NCBI GenBank assembly: GCA_030141605.1
Contig: JAQGDQ010000092.1
Location: forward strand, 124,001-188,000
Direction: 5' to 3'
Length of the DNA stretch: 64,000 nucleotides
Source of the DNA: Tubiluchus corallicola
Taxonomy: Eukaryota; Animalia; Priapulida
The notes below the pieces were generated by a model. It did not search any database and had not been told where the DNA came from. It saw nothing but the letters and a program-made list of their open reading frames with translations. A program made the translations under genes and the position numbers. Below are positions 50,501 to 62,244 of this stretch, one piece after another. Position 1 is the first letter of the stretch; the number at the start of each line of letters is the position of its first letter.

Positions 50501-53500
50501 CTGTATCCCGCCTGTTGTTTTCCTTGACTTTGATGTTAAACATTGATAAATTAGACCAGTTTCAAAATTGCAAATATGGTATGTTAAGAATTACTTTAGC
50601 ATAACTGCACTATATGTGTAGCGTATGTATTATATGCATATATAGTAACTGCAGCAAAGCAAGATGTGAAATTTAAAAAGACATCATAAATATTATTGAA
50701 AGACTTAACTTTTCTGTTTGAGTTAAAGTAGAAATAGAATACTTAACTTTTAAGTACATGTATTCTTCAAATTAATTTATTGTCATTTTCATATTTTTGT
50801 GATGTCTTTATTTGCAGATATTGCCATGTCTGTAAAGTCTAAACAAGCAGTTCGTTGTGTTTTGTTTGACTTTTTGGACGTCATTAAAGAACAGAAACAC
50901 CGTGGCTTAATTGATGACTGGGAATTTAGTCTGCTTGAAATGGTAAAGAACTTTTCACATGAAAGCATTGTTAACTTGCACAAAAAAGATCTATATTTCA
51001 CAGTGATAATTCTTTCAACTTTAGTCTCACTTTGAAATTATGTATAAATAAGGCTGTAGTTATTCAACCAAAAATTCTTTAGGCTCAACACGCCTACCAG
51101 TTTCCAAATTATTGATTTACTTGCTTGTGATTTAAGCTTGTTTTGCCATATCAATAGTGACCTCCCTCATGTAAAAAGTTTTTGCACAATTTTTATATTG
51201 TGAAGTCACAAAAGAGTACCATTTTATTCTAAAGTTTTGTAATAAAACAGATTGTAGGGCATTGCTAAATGGTGTTCCAAATGACATATCCAGGCGGTTG
51301 GGTGGAATGATTTGCATTCCATAACTAGTTTTAAGCCAAAATTTGATGAATTTGTTTGGGGAAATTCAGGTGATTATTTCTAACTTTTGACATGGTACGT
51401 ACTAAACAAATGGTTAACGATTCTTTAGCTAGATTTTATTTCTTAAAAGATGTGAATAATAATCTTAATTAAACATTTGTAGTCCTCAAAAACATCCCAC
51501 AAAGGGTTTCATGCACTACAGTATAGGGGCCTCCTTTACTTTTGCTGTTGAGGTTCTCTAACCTTCCCCACACAAATTCACTTTTCCCACTAAAATAACT
51601 GTAATAATAGAGGTTGTGCTTAATAATTTTACATACCATATGATTTAGGAACACCAATATGGGAACCATACATATTGTTTATTATAATGTTATCAGCCAA
51701 ATAAAACATAGACTAGTGACCAGCCTCTATATTAAGGGTACAGTTTGGCAGTTTCATCTAGTAAAACCTGTGAATTTGATTTTCTGTAGCTGCAATGTGT
51801 TTACAATATTGGGAGTGGGCTGGTTAAAATAAGTAAATTCTGTGCCAAAGCATAGTTTACCAGCTTCCACACCACATATAATCTGTGATTGTCCTGTCAT
51901 GCAGCATGCTTAATAATATCCATCTAACCTAACGAGTCAAAAGAAATTGATGCAATATAAAAGACGTCAGAAATAAATTATGGGCTAATAAAGGTGTTAT
52001 TATTTGGGAGAAGATCTAGTCGTAATATGGCATATGTAAATTTGTACCACAACAAAAGCAGAAATTTGCTTTACATTGTAATATTGTAAATTTTTAATAG
52101 CTGCTAATGATTAGCATGTTTGTAATCTCCATAACTGAATATTTTTCTTTCCTCTGAAGAACATATTTGCATACTTGAAGAACACATAAGAATGTATGTG
52201 GTTTCTTGACATAGGGCATTCAGGAGAAAATAATGCGGTTATCAAAATTCCCTTCAAGTCTTCCTCCACCGGACACCATCGAAATTTTGCGGAATGTACC
52301 ATGGATCAAAAATAATGAACAAGTGCTGGACTTTATACAGGTAAAAGTATGATTCATTTTCCATTTCAACAAATATGTAGACATATTATTGCATCTATGC
52401 ATAGTGTTGAAAGATTACTGTATTGGAAAAATGAATTTGGCAGATGCTGTGTTAATAATCTTAAACTATCATTACATTTTAGGAGCATGGACAGCTGAAG
52501 AATTTTACCTATGGCAACATTTTAATAGATGAAGGCGAGCAACCCCAGGGCATTTATATTATCACATCCGGAGTACTGCGTCAGTCTCCAGATGCCAAGC
52601 TAGATGATGAAAGTGGCGACAAGCAAGAAGAAGACAAGCTGCACATTGCTATTGAAAAGGGCCAGTTAGATAATTATGAGTATGTGGACTATCTGGGTAC
52701 TGGCAACGTTGTCGGTGAAATGGGCATTTTGACCCTTAGGCCAAGAGCTGTTGCCATCTCTTGTGAAACTGCCGTCCAGGTTTGTTATATCGAGAGTAAT
52801 ATGTGTTCTCTGACAAATGAAAAATTATATCCTCATAACTAATAAGAAATGGCAATGCCCGTTAAAACCGACAAACCTTAAAGCATTTTCAGAAATAGTA
52901 TAAATTTATATTTGCCTTTGATTTGCTAAATTCTGCTGAAATGGGCCTAATAATAAGAGTTTTGTAAAATTAATGTGGCTGTTAGCTATAATTTAATGGT
53001 AGTATATAATGATAGTGTTAAGAGCATTTATGTGATAATGGTATTATTTGTTAAATTGTGTCGTTTTTTTGTCAATGTATTTCTTATTGCAGACAATATT
53101 TATATCCATGCAAGATATGTTAGCGGCTCTTTCAGTATTTACTGAATGTGAACCTTCTTTAGAGTATGATCTTTGGCGAACATGTGCAATTAGAATAGCC
53201 TTTCAAATCATTGACAAAATTCACGACTATGAGGTAAAGTAAAAATTCGAAATAAAATTTCACTTACTTAATACTGCTATATAAACTCTACAAATTTCTG
53301 TTTTTGATACAGAACTACCGTACTTGTCTGTTATGAAAGTATCTGTCATGAAAGAAAGCATGAAAGAGAATATGATTTTATCATCTGCGTAACTTTTACA
53401 TCAAAATGGCCCAATGTGGATTAACATATGTTGGAAGGTTGTATGATTTCCACTTTACACAGCAAGTTGCCACTTGGCAAAAAGGCATGGCAGTCCAGCA

Positions 53501-55288
53501 ATATGTGATTTTAAGTGATTTTTCGCCAAATGAACCATACTTCTGTAGGAAATAACGTAAATCCATGAGGATCTGTTCTGACAGTATTTCCCTGAAAAAT
53601 TAATAATGTTTGGCTTGATTGTCATGTGTGTTTTAATTACATCTTATTTTTGCTAATCATTAAGCAATTATTTTTTGCATTGTTAGTACAGTGACAACAC
53701 AATTTGAATAAAATTACAGGTAACTTTTAAACTGTATCATCTAGCATACCTTGTATTTTTCTATTTTATTATTTGAGCATAGCTTCCAGCTTAGTCTCTA
53801 AGTGTTATGGATTTCTTTCTTAAGGAGTACCTTCTTAAGAATGAATGAAAAAAAGTGTTTGAAAGATAGTTGACAAATCTGGTCCCGTGTCAGTTTGCAA
53901 AGACCAAAAACAGACAATAAGACCAAATCTGCATAAAAGCACTTGTGTTTTATTTGCACAGCCATTGGGAACATCTTGGTGCCACTTAAAGTACTTGCAG
54001 TGTTCAACAACCAGAAATAACTTGATTAGAAGTTAGATACTTACAGTTGGAGATATGCACGTTATACCAACTTACTGATATATAAATTAAATTTTTGCTT
54101 TTAGGATGAAACTCGAACTAAGTTGAAACAGATGCTTGATAGATCATATTTGATTTCGCTAGAGTTTTCTATTAAATTTACTGTCGATCGCAAGGCAATG
54201 CAGGATATTGTGCTGATTGAAGGTGTTGTTACGGACTCAACTGGTTACGAATTTGTAGCACCACGCTACATGCCAAAAACTGCTGACATTATTTTTGTTC
54301 CAGTAAGCTTTCGTACATTTGTGATTATGACTTAGGGAAATTAGCAACTGCAATACAATAATATGAAATGAGCTAATTCATATTTGTGCAGATTTCAATC
54401 GAAAGTTAGTTTATAGTTTAAATTTTTTGATTGCTTACATTAGTGCAGTCTTTTTAGAAGTGTCTGCTTATTGTCTTCTGTAAATGTGGGAAAAACAAGT
54501 GCTTAACTTCATCACAAACTCTATTCCCTACTTGCACTACTATAAGTTTTCGCTTGCTTTTAAAATTACAAATTCATTGTGTTTTTCAAAAGAACTCACT
54601 GCTAGTTCTCTGTATCATTTATAAGAAGAACCGGAATTTGCATGCATTTGGTACATATGGCCCTTGTTATTAAATGACATGTTTTCTTTGCCTGTTTTAT
54701 CCAGTTGTATTACATATTATCATAGTTGCGTAAAACATGTGTTAAATATGCACTTCTCTAATAAGAGCTGTTTTTTGGTGTAGAAGAAGAGCTATATGCG
54801 TACGCCTCCAAAAATGCTAATAATACCACCAATGGAGTTTGATAGCATGCACGAAGGAATGCAAGGAACGTTCCAAAGGTGCTTGCGGCATGCAGTACGG
54901 CACAGACGACAAACTTGTTCCACTATTAGCCTTAGTCAGGTAGCTCTCTTTTATAAAATCTCCCGATACTGCTTTTCTATTCTTGCACAAAAAAACTAGA
55001 AAACCAGACAAAAATATTTATAAGCTTGCCCAAATCGTTTTCTTATGTTTTATCGCAGTAACAATGGTTGACTATTGTTGATTCTAACAATAGTTAAGCT
55101 GCCTTCAGTCACTTCAAATGTAATGAACAGAACGATCTGTACTATAAAATTTCCACACTTCAGGTGTTGTTTGAATGCCAGTTACTGTATTTTTGTAGGC
55201 AATTTCCAGACTGTGCAGCTTACACATTTATGACATGGAATTTCTTTGTCATTTGCACATTAACACTGGAAATAACCTCAGAAAATAA
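31097..55288 (+). CDS. SLC9C1: SLC9C/sNHE-type Na+/H+ exchanger with voltage-sensor and cyclic-nucleotide-binding domains, join(31097..31113,31216..31343,32894..33187,34247..34387,35782..35887,38897..39096,42365..42578,43631..43805,45548..45808,46445..46585,46725..46822,47893..47953,48166..48290,48667..48919,49680..49889,50206..50431,50818..50942,52215..52340,52483..52779,53093..53233,54105..54302,54784..54939,55199..55288); start codon and last exon uncertain
   Basis: CPA1 motifs FLPIIIFESA, GATDPISV, IEGEFLLNDG, SGILSVVVLG, WGGIRGAV; SLC9C linker motifs LKLDRFL, VSYWRQYEKG, LSLGFDVGKGFVVAEEEV, IAMSVKSKQA; VSD with WNKLD (S3) and KILRLLRIGRLFR (S4); CNBD GNVVGEMGILTLRPRA; C-terminal beta-roll-like region. 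The first 22 exons join GT-AG in phase without stops (1231 codons). Orthology to SLC9C1 versus a lineage-specific paralogue is untested. Confidence 0.92.
37630..38468. repeat. ~108-bp repeat: one copy at ~37630-37748 and ~1.6 tandem copies at ~38299-38468, separated by ~550 bp
   Basis: Shared core ccacttctgtct...aggaaaatgttcacagcaatttgg(g)actccattagtgcaatattgatcatgtagtgaac.atgatgcagtaa. Confidence 0.8.
39317..39390. repeat. Compound (TG)n/(TGCG)n microsatellite
   Basis: Directly visible; generates spurious Cys/Val-rich ORFs. Confidence 0.9.
40956..41277 (-). mobile_element. Short non-autonomous Helitron-like element
   Basis: Minus strand reads A|TCTTATACATATATA ... CTAG|T; contains gagacctttcgtttcatatatagatcg, a 24/27 match to 60235-60261 in the larger Helitron-like copy. 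No clear 3' hairpin, so the left boundary is tentative. Confidence 0.45.
44553..44582. repeat. (TA)15 microsatellite
   Basis: Directly visible. Confidence 0.9.
49130..49400 (+). mobile_element. Decayed 3' fragment of an RTE-like LINE in an SLC9C intron
   Basis: PKKLKGGRLLTWTGVMQEGL...KDWIMW resembles the RG/GG-x-x-x-TW...DR..W C-terminal tail of RTE-group ORFs; ends in TAA. Confidence 0.45.
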
Positions 55289-56129
55289 GCACTGTGATAT
55301 TGAGGTAGCTTGAACGTGGTTAAACTTCACAGCGATAATCATAATTGTGTATTATGCATCTGTATTACTTTCGAAGCAAAGGTTCATGGACATGAAAGCT
55401 GTTGCTCTTCTTAATACACTTTTTTAATACAAATTGTAGGCTAAAAATACTGTACTGAGTGCACAAAAGTATTTAAAGCATTTTATCATTTTAAAAATGT
55501 GCATTTTTCTATAAGTTACCTAATTCCGTGTCTATAGACTGAGAGGTACTGTAGCATATTTGGTGTTTTGGAGTGTCAAACGTAATTGATTTAAATTTTA
55601 TCTTCCCTTGTTAATAACTAAATGAAAGATAAGTTTACTGCATACTGTGCACAGTAAGTGAAAGCTAAAATTAAGTGATTTAAAGCTAGATTGACCTATA
55701 AGGTGAAACTAGAAATAAAGCTAGAACAGATTTATTCCTTTCAGAAATGAATTAACAAAAGGACTGTTTCTTTAATTTTGTTTGACTCTTCAAGTAGTTT
55801 TTTGTGAGAAATAAATAGCAAATTTCCTTGAAAATCAGAAATTAAATCACATTTGCAAATGCTAAATTCAATAAGATTCAAATGAAAGAACACGAGGAGC
55901 AGTCTGCATTGGCCAAAAATTTTGGCAAAGCTTCATTAAAGCCAGTTTGGGCACGTAATAACCCGCATTTATACTTGCAAACCTTGAAGCTCAGCTATTA
56001 AATTATTAACAGACTGTCTTGAACTATTAACCATTTTCTGGCAGTAATTTCTGCTATCATTTTCTTTATAAAAATCTTGTGGATTTGCAGATCTAAAATT
56101 TTCTGACTGAAAATAACACCTGCTCTTTA

Positions 56130-56293
56130 TATCCGGTTATGCACTCCGCCCGTCGCCCTTTTTTCAACTCGACTTCCAAAATTACTTAAAGATTGGTGTG
56201 ATGATTAAATAGGATGTACTTGGTTCAATGTAAAAGAATTGTCATTATTAGCTTATTAATTAGAGCTGTTTAATTAATTAATTTTAAATGACT
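56130..56293. repeat. Single-unit copy of the interspersed repeat found at 59160-60370
   Basis: atccggt...tgatgattaaataggatgtacttggttcaa...agagctgtttaattaattaatttt matches the 125-bp unit and the segment at 60333-60358. Confidence 0.6.
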
Positions 56294-57456
56294 GACATGA
56301 TTTTGCTTGAAATCTATAATCAGTCTGGAAATATTTACTTCTTGTTCTTCAGCCTGTCTGGAAAAGGGAAAATTTTAAAACATTTTTAAAAAGTTGTAAA
56401 CAGGCAAAAAGCATTGCCACATTATAAACAGTTTTAAAAATATTAATTATTAAAATTTAATATGCAAAATAAGAATATTGTGTGGCAGAATCGTATCTCT
56501 CATAAAAATGGTTAAAGCATTCACCTTCAACACTCTTTTATGATGATAAACGGACGATACAATGAAGTAATATGAAAATGGTAAGTTTGAGTCAGTTTTT
56601 GTGCTTATTTGCAAAAATTATGTCAATATGGCTTATAAAAATCAGATAACATCCGAATGTAGGATATTGTGAGATATAATTAAAGAAGTTATACCAAACT
56701 TATAGCAAAATAAGCCTCCACACTCAAGATGCAATTTTGTTCTGTTAGTATAATGGAAGTGTTAATACATTCAAATGTGCAAATTATCTAATTATGCAAA
56801 ACTAAGAATGCATCTGACAGAAATGGATCCTATGGATAAAATTATCATGAAACAACCTTCAAAGAGCTTGACACCATCAATATCAAATAAGTTACAGTAC
56901 CTCCACATCTCTTTCTTTCATTTTATCATTCAGAATAATTTATCGTATGATATATTATTTCCTGACTAAGATGAGTATAATCTCAACATTAAATGCTCAC
57001 ATGACACAGCACTTCATGCATTAACTAAGTCTGTCATCAGCTTGTCTCCATTCTTTGCTTATTCCAAGAAAACTTTGAAAAAATACTTGTTGAGGTTGGG
57101 GTAATCCTTCGCGTCACCGCTAGAAACAATGCTGCTTTGCTTTTTTATGTTGATGTTATTTTAATTTGTTATAATTTTGTTTGCTTAAAATTTATTTTAG
57201 TTATTTTTGTTTACTAAATATTCTTGAGTGTTTAACTATTATGATTTTTTATTTGGAATTATTATTTTTAATAGGTGCAATAGCATCTTATATTTATCAA
57301 TCTTAACATCGGATGGCAACAGTGTGGACCGTATGATCTTTCAGTCATTCTATCTTGTAAATTATATTTGAACATTGCTGTTGTTTCTGCTTGTGATCTG
57401 CAAAGAGACAAAAAATTATTCTAATACTGAAAATTCTGAATTCCTTTTACATGCAG

Positions 57457-57609
57457 TTTCAGAAGTCCAAACTGGAATCTAAGCTAGCAAGAGCAAGTGT
57501 GAAGGAGTGCGAGAACGTTGAATTAGGTTTGAAACCAAAAAGCGTAAGGTCAGGCTCGGAACCTGCATGCAAGTGTCCTTCAAGACTGGAAATGCACCTT
57601 AAGAAATAA
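57457..57609 (+). CDS. Candidate alternative or true terminal exon of SLC9C (50 aa)
   Basis: Acceptor ttccttttacatgcag, then an open phase-0 frame FQKSKLESKLARASVKECENVELGLKPKSVRSGSEPACKCPSRLEMHLKK*, compatible with the phase-0 donor at 54939; higher GC than its flanks. Confidence 0.4.
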   Translation, partial: FQKSKLESKLARASVKECENVELGLKPKSVRSGSEPACKCPSRLEMHLKK

Positions 57610-59159
57610 GTAATCCTGGATTCACCTCATATGGAAGGGCAGCTATGAGACTTGTTTGATAACAAACTGTAAGATGGTAAACATGTGTTTCTAGCTCTCT
57701 TGTCACTGGGTTGTGTGCAGACTGAGCTAATAATTTAAGCGCTTGTAAAAAACTGATTGGTGATACAGTATGATTATACAATCAGGTTATCGCTGTGTGC
57801 CATAATATTTCATGCATTTGTATTCTTCTTTCTAGAGCTTCTACAATGTACAGCAAAATGATAAAAATGGTGCAAAAACTGCTGAAAGCCAATATGTAAT
57901 AAGTGTGCTAACTATAGCAACAAATTTGTGAAATATCTGCAGTGTTTAAAATTTTTAGTTTGAAATATATGTCTTCGGAAATTGCTTTCAAAATTATTTC
58001 TCAAAGAGGTTAGTAAATTACTTAATTATATTAGTGTGTGTTAATTACTACATTCATTCAAATTAATTTTTTAATACACATACAGAGAAGAAAACACATT
58101 CTACCATACCACATCAGATTCAGCTGGAAGTACCTAGAACACAGCACTTTGTGGCTCTTACCTTTGATTTATGTCTTTTGGCTTTTATATTTGCATAAAT
58201 CTTGGTGTTATGCATAAAGTTTTGGAATCACAACAGCCTGTTCTGGATTATTGTCTTTGATTTGATTACACACATCAATAAATTGTTTGAGTTTGTATTT
58301 AGGTAATTATTTTCCATGGATATTTGAATGAGCAATTTGAACGACTTGGCATCTCTACTACCCATGATTTCTTTTCTATCTATATTATTTGTATTTATGT
58401 GTTCAATAGCGCTGAAAACATGCTCAATTATCAAAAGTTAATATATGTTAATTTCAATTCTTTAAGACTTTTTTCCCATGTTAATTCAAAAATTGGTGCT
58501 ACATGCACCTATATGGTTTTTATGTACAAAAAATGCTAAAATTGTGTCTGAAAATGCACCCATAAGCTTAGCTTAGTAGGGAAAATGATTATAGCACTCT
58601 CTCAGACCCAACTGCACATCTTTTCAACTCGAAATTGTCTAGCAGTATATTAGTTCTCCAGATATATTTATTTGTGTTTGTATTAATTTACGTGAGATGC
58701 GATTTTCTCCGTAGCTACTGAACCTTTTCTGACAATGACACATCATCGTCAAACGAAAAATCGTGCTGTCTCCCAAGGTTCATAGGAAGTTCATTTTTCA
58801 TTTTCGATCTAGGACATTCGAGAGGAAGGACGGGTGAAAAACCTCCGAAAATCGGTGTTTCTGCCTGTTCTTTTTTGCAAACTTTACTAGAACACTGTTT
58901 CGTGTACTGCTCTATATACATTTGCCAGTTCTTGTACAAGCTTGTGTTTTTTCTGCAACAGAACAACATGAGTTGCGAACATCATCTTTAAGTGTTAATA
59001 TCAGCGGATTGTCAATACGTGCATTTAACAAGCATTAATTTTTTTACATAAAACACACTTTTAAACTAAAATAAGATTTTTTTAAAAAAGGATAGAAAAT
59101 TTATCACAATGCATATCGTCGATTATTCACGACCACTAGCTTGTGTTTTTAGAAAAAAA

Positions 59160-59588
59160 TCCGGTGATTCATACATTCATTCTGGCTGTCCGTGGCGCTT
59201 TTTTCCAACTTAGTATTGATTTTATTCAGTTCCATAAGAATTTAACATTCGACTGAGTTGAAATTTGGTTATAATGATTAGTTAAGATGTCCTTGGTTGA
59301 GAACAAGAAATTTTTGTCAACTAGTCAATTTTTTAAATTAATTTTAAATTGATTCAATACCAAAAGTGTCTATCCAATTGAGTTTATATTAGGAATGGTG
59401 ATTAGTTAGGATGTTCTTGGTTTCAAAACAAAAAAACTTGCCGCAACTCGTTAATTAATTAATTTAGACATTGAACTCAAATTGTATGTTCTCATGATCC
59501 ACCTGAGTTGAATTTGGTAGGATGATTAATTCGGATATCTTTGGTTCAAAACAAAAAAATTGTTGCAGTCCCTTTGTTAATTAATTAA
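59160..59588. repeat. Interspersed element with ~125-bp internal tandem repeats (3 copies), possibly HINE/DINE-like; continues at 60327-60370
   Basis: Units start at ~59253, 59378 and 59503 with (c/t)tgagtt...tgatta.tt..gat.t..ttggtt..aaac; the tail resumes after the Helitron-like insertion. Confidence 0.65.
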
Positions 59589-60326
59589 CTAGCAAAGGCC
59601 CCTCAAACATTTTTGCGTATAAATACACTTATAATCAATAGTACGCGAACATCCTACATTGTCCTCATTTATAACGCAAAGCCAGTAGCAGCTTTAACTG
59701 AATTAAAGTTATAAGGTTATAAGCAGAGTATAATGGATGACGTCAGAATAATGGCTTTGCGTCAGCAGTTTTCCAAGCGAAAACTGCCAAAAATGGAACG
59801 TCTAATTAACTCGTCGTCACTCCTCTTGGTGGAACTGTCCTAAAATATAGCCTACATCATCGTGTCGCCCTGTTGTTTCGCTTTCTAAAGAGCCATATAT
59901 CTCCTTCCAAGAGTTACACTAAGCGCCCCTAAACGTTTTTTCTACAGGCCGTTTGGCAAAATTTCGAAAAAATTGGGAGTTGGGTTCGGGAAAATGACCC
60001 GTAGCGTACATTAGTGGCCCTCTCGCGAAATCTAAATATGACTGTTACACCCGCCATTGAATATTCAATTATTTCCAGTACCACCCGCGGCCCATTCCGG
60101 ATCTCCAGAAATAAGCGGTATAAGTTTTGCAAAAAATGGGCAAAAAATTGCCATTTTTGGAGGTTTTTCGGCCCCCGTTCCTCCCGGTGGGCCCGATTCG
60201 AAAAATAAACCGCCAGGTGCGAACCCTTGAGTTGAGACCTTTCATTTGATGTATAGATCGTCGAAAATGGTGCCGTCGTCGGCGCTGTAGTCTCGTCGGT
60301 TATACCACCGAAATTAATATATCCGA
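59589..60326 (-). mobile_element. Non-autonomous Helitron-like element, 738 bp
   Basis: Minus strand 5' A|TCGGATATATTAATT ... TTTGCTAG|T 3': TC and CTAG termini inserted between A and T with no TSD. Removing it restores ttaattaa|ttaatcagagctgtttaattaatt, similar to the uninterrupted copy near 56255. Confidence 0.65.
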
Positions 60327-60387
60327 TTAATCAGAGCTGTTTAATTAATTAATTTTTTAAATTGACTCCAAAAGAGTTAATCTTTGT

Positions 60388-60954
60388 ATGAAGTATGACA
60401 ACGCCTTAGCCAGATTAGAAAATACTGAACAAGAGAACAGGGATCTTAAAGCCTTAGTGACAACCACTGAGTCTAAAGTAGCAAGCCAAGCTGCAGAAAT
60501 TGAGAATCTCCAACAGTATATTCGTAGATACAGTCTATTAATTTACGGAATCCCAAAACAGAGCGGGGAGAACACTGACAATTTAATTAAGTGCATAGCT
60601 AGTGAAATGGGATGGCCACTAAGCGATACGGACATCAGTGTGTCACATCGTATCCCATCAGAGAATGGTATAGAACCCATTACAGTAAAGTTTACCAGGA
60701 GATCTGTTCGAGACGCTATTTACAGAAGACGAAAAGACCGTCCAAAACTTAGTCAGATTGGTTTCACCTCTAACGGAAGAATCCATATTAATGAATGTCT
60801 CACCAAGTCTAGAAAGGGTCTGCTAAATAAATGTTTAACGTTCAGAAAAGAAAAAGGGTATAAATACGTCTGGACAAACCAAGGAAGGAGATACATACGA
60901 GCTAGTGAGGATATGCAGCCGTTTGAAATCAAGTCAGAAGAAGATTTACTTTAA
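60388..60954 (+). CDS. LINE ORF1 protein (coiled coil, RRM-like region, FP25K-like C-terminal domain), 188 aa
   Basis: Motifs LQQYIRRYSLLIYGIP, ENTD, DISVSHRI, ITVKF, IHINECLT, GYKYVWT..G are typical of L1-transposase-like/CR1-L2 ORF1 proteins. Confidence 0.85.
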   Translation: MKYDNALARLENTEQENRDLKALVTTTESKVASQAAEIENLQQYIRRYSLLIYGIPKQSGENTDNLIKCIASEMGWPLSDTDISVSHRIPSENGIEPITVKFTRRSVRDAIYRRRKDRPKLSQIGFTSNGRIHINECLTKSRKGLLNKCLTFRKEKGYKYVWTNQGRRYIRASEDMQPFEIKSEEDLL

Positions 60955-62244
60955 ATATTAACTTTATTACTATAAAGGCTCACTGATTACATTAATCGAT
61001 GTGTATGCGTTAATGTTCGTGCGTGTGTGTGTACATGAGTGTGTTTATCTCTATGATTGTTGTCAACAATTACACGCTAACAATGCACACGAGGGATTAT
61101 TCCGAATATAAATTCCCATGTTTGAGGATATACAATGCCCTACATCAAATTTGTAAGTGCGATTTAACTGTAGGTGTATTCCCTCCCAACAGAAACTATG
61201 CTTAAATTGCCAGGTAATTATCTGTGACGAAAACCGGCATGCCTATGCGCAAAACGACTTTCCACCCATTAAGAAACCGGTAGATTACATTAAGATTCGA
61301 CAACCTGCCCTTGGCTTTTACTAATATTCATCTGTACTTAAAAACCTGCAAAGTTGCTTAACGCAGTCTGTTTCATAATTATGTGTAAAAAGAATGTAGT
61401 TCTGTATGTGTTAATCCTATATTCTGTTTGAAAGTGCTGCTGCTCATGACATTCCCACTCACAGTTTGTTAAGCATTAACAACAATTGACCATGTAATTT
61501 AGATGTTTGTGTTTATTTGCCTAATCAGACGCCTTGCCCCTCCACAACTTTATCATAAATTTTGTCCGCGTATCTTTGATGATATAGCTAATGTCTCAAC
61601 CCCGTCCCATCCCCCTTTTAAAGTTCATGTGATCATCCAGTTAAAATTTTAGTTATCAACAGCAATGAAGTTGATCAGGAATATTATCTACTTTGATATT
61701 GTTATTGACTAGTTCAAACTGTACTAGGTCAAAATTCATACAGGCCTTTCCAAGGTCATCATTTGCAGCCACTTTCACCTCGGCCTTGATTCACACAGTT
61801 TAGTATAGCAATATGTATTACTCGCCTGACTCAGTAATTTGGCTTCATTGACCTATTGCTACATGGTAACTATAATTGGTAATCTTAATATACCCATAGT
61901 ATATATAATTGATGATTACGTTATAACAATGTTTTAATACTTACCGTCTTAATTCGTAAAATAAATATTAAAAACTGCTCCTATTATTATTGTCCTGTGA
62001 TTATGGCCCAATATATGATTAATATGGCTTGGTTGGTAACTTAGTATATTACATAACTTCGCTCATATTCACATTAAACGTTTGTTGTAATTATGTACTC
62101 ATCTTGACTCGCTGCAAACGTGGTTGGCTGGCTTTACTTGCTAGCATATTTTTAAACATTTTATACCTTTAGCGATATTTTATCCTATTTTTTATTTTTT
62201 TATTTTCTCTTATCTCTTTAACTCTGATTTTCTCTGCACTTTTG

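Noticed and set aside
3813-57609. Cofilin-RNF8-SLC9C as an operon-like functional cluster
   Set aside because: Same-strand adjacency alone is weak evidence; cofilin and RNF8 each show their own promoter-like and poly(A) signals, and the sequence gives no evidence of trans-splicing.
58715-60208. ORFs 58715..58969, 59929..60132 and 60014..60208
   Set aside because: No recognizable domains; they fall in GC-richer repeat-derived sequence.
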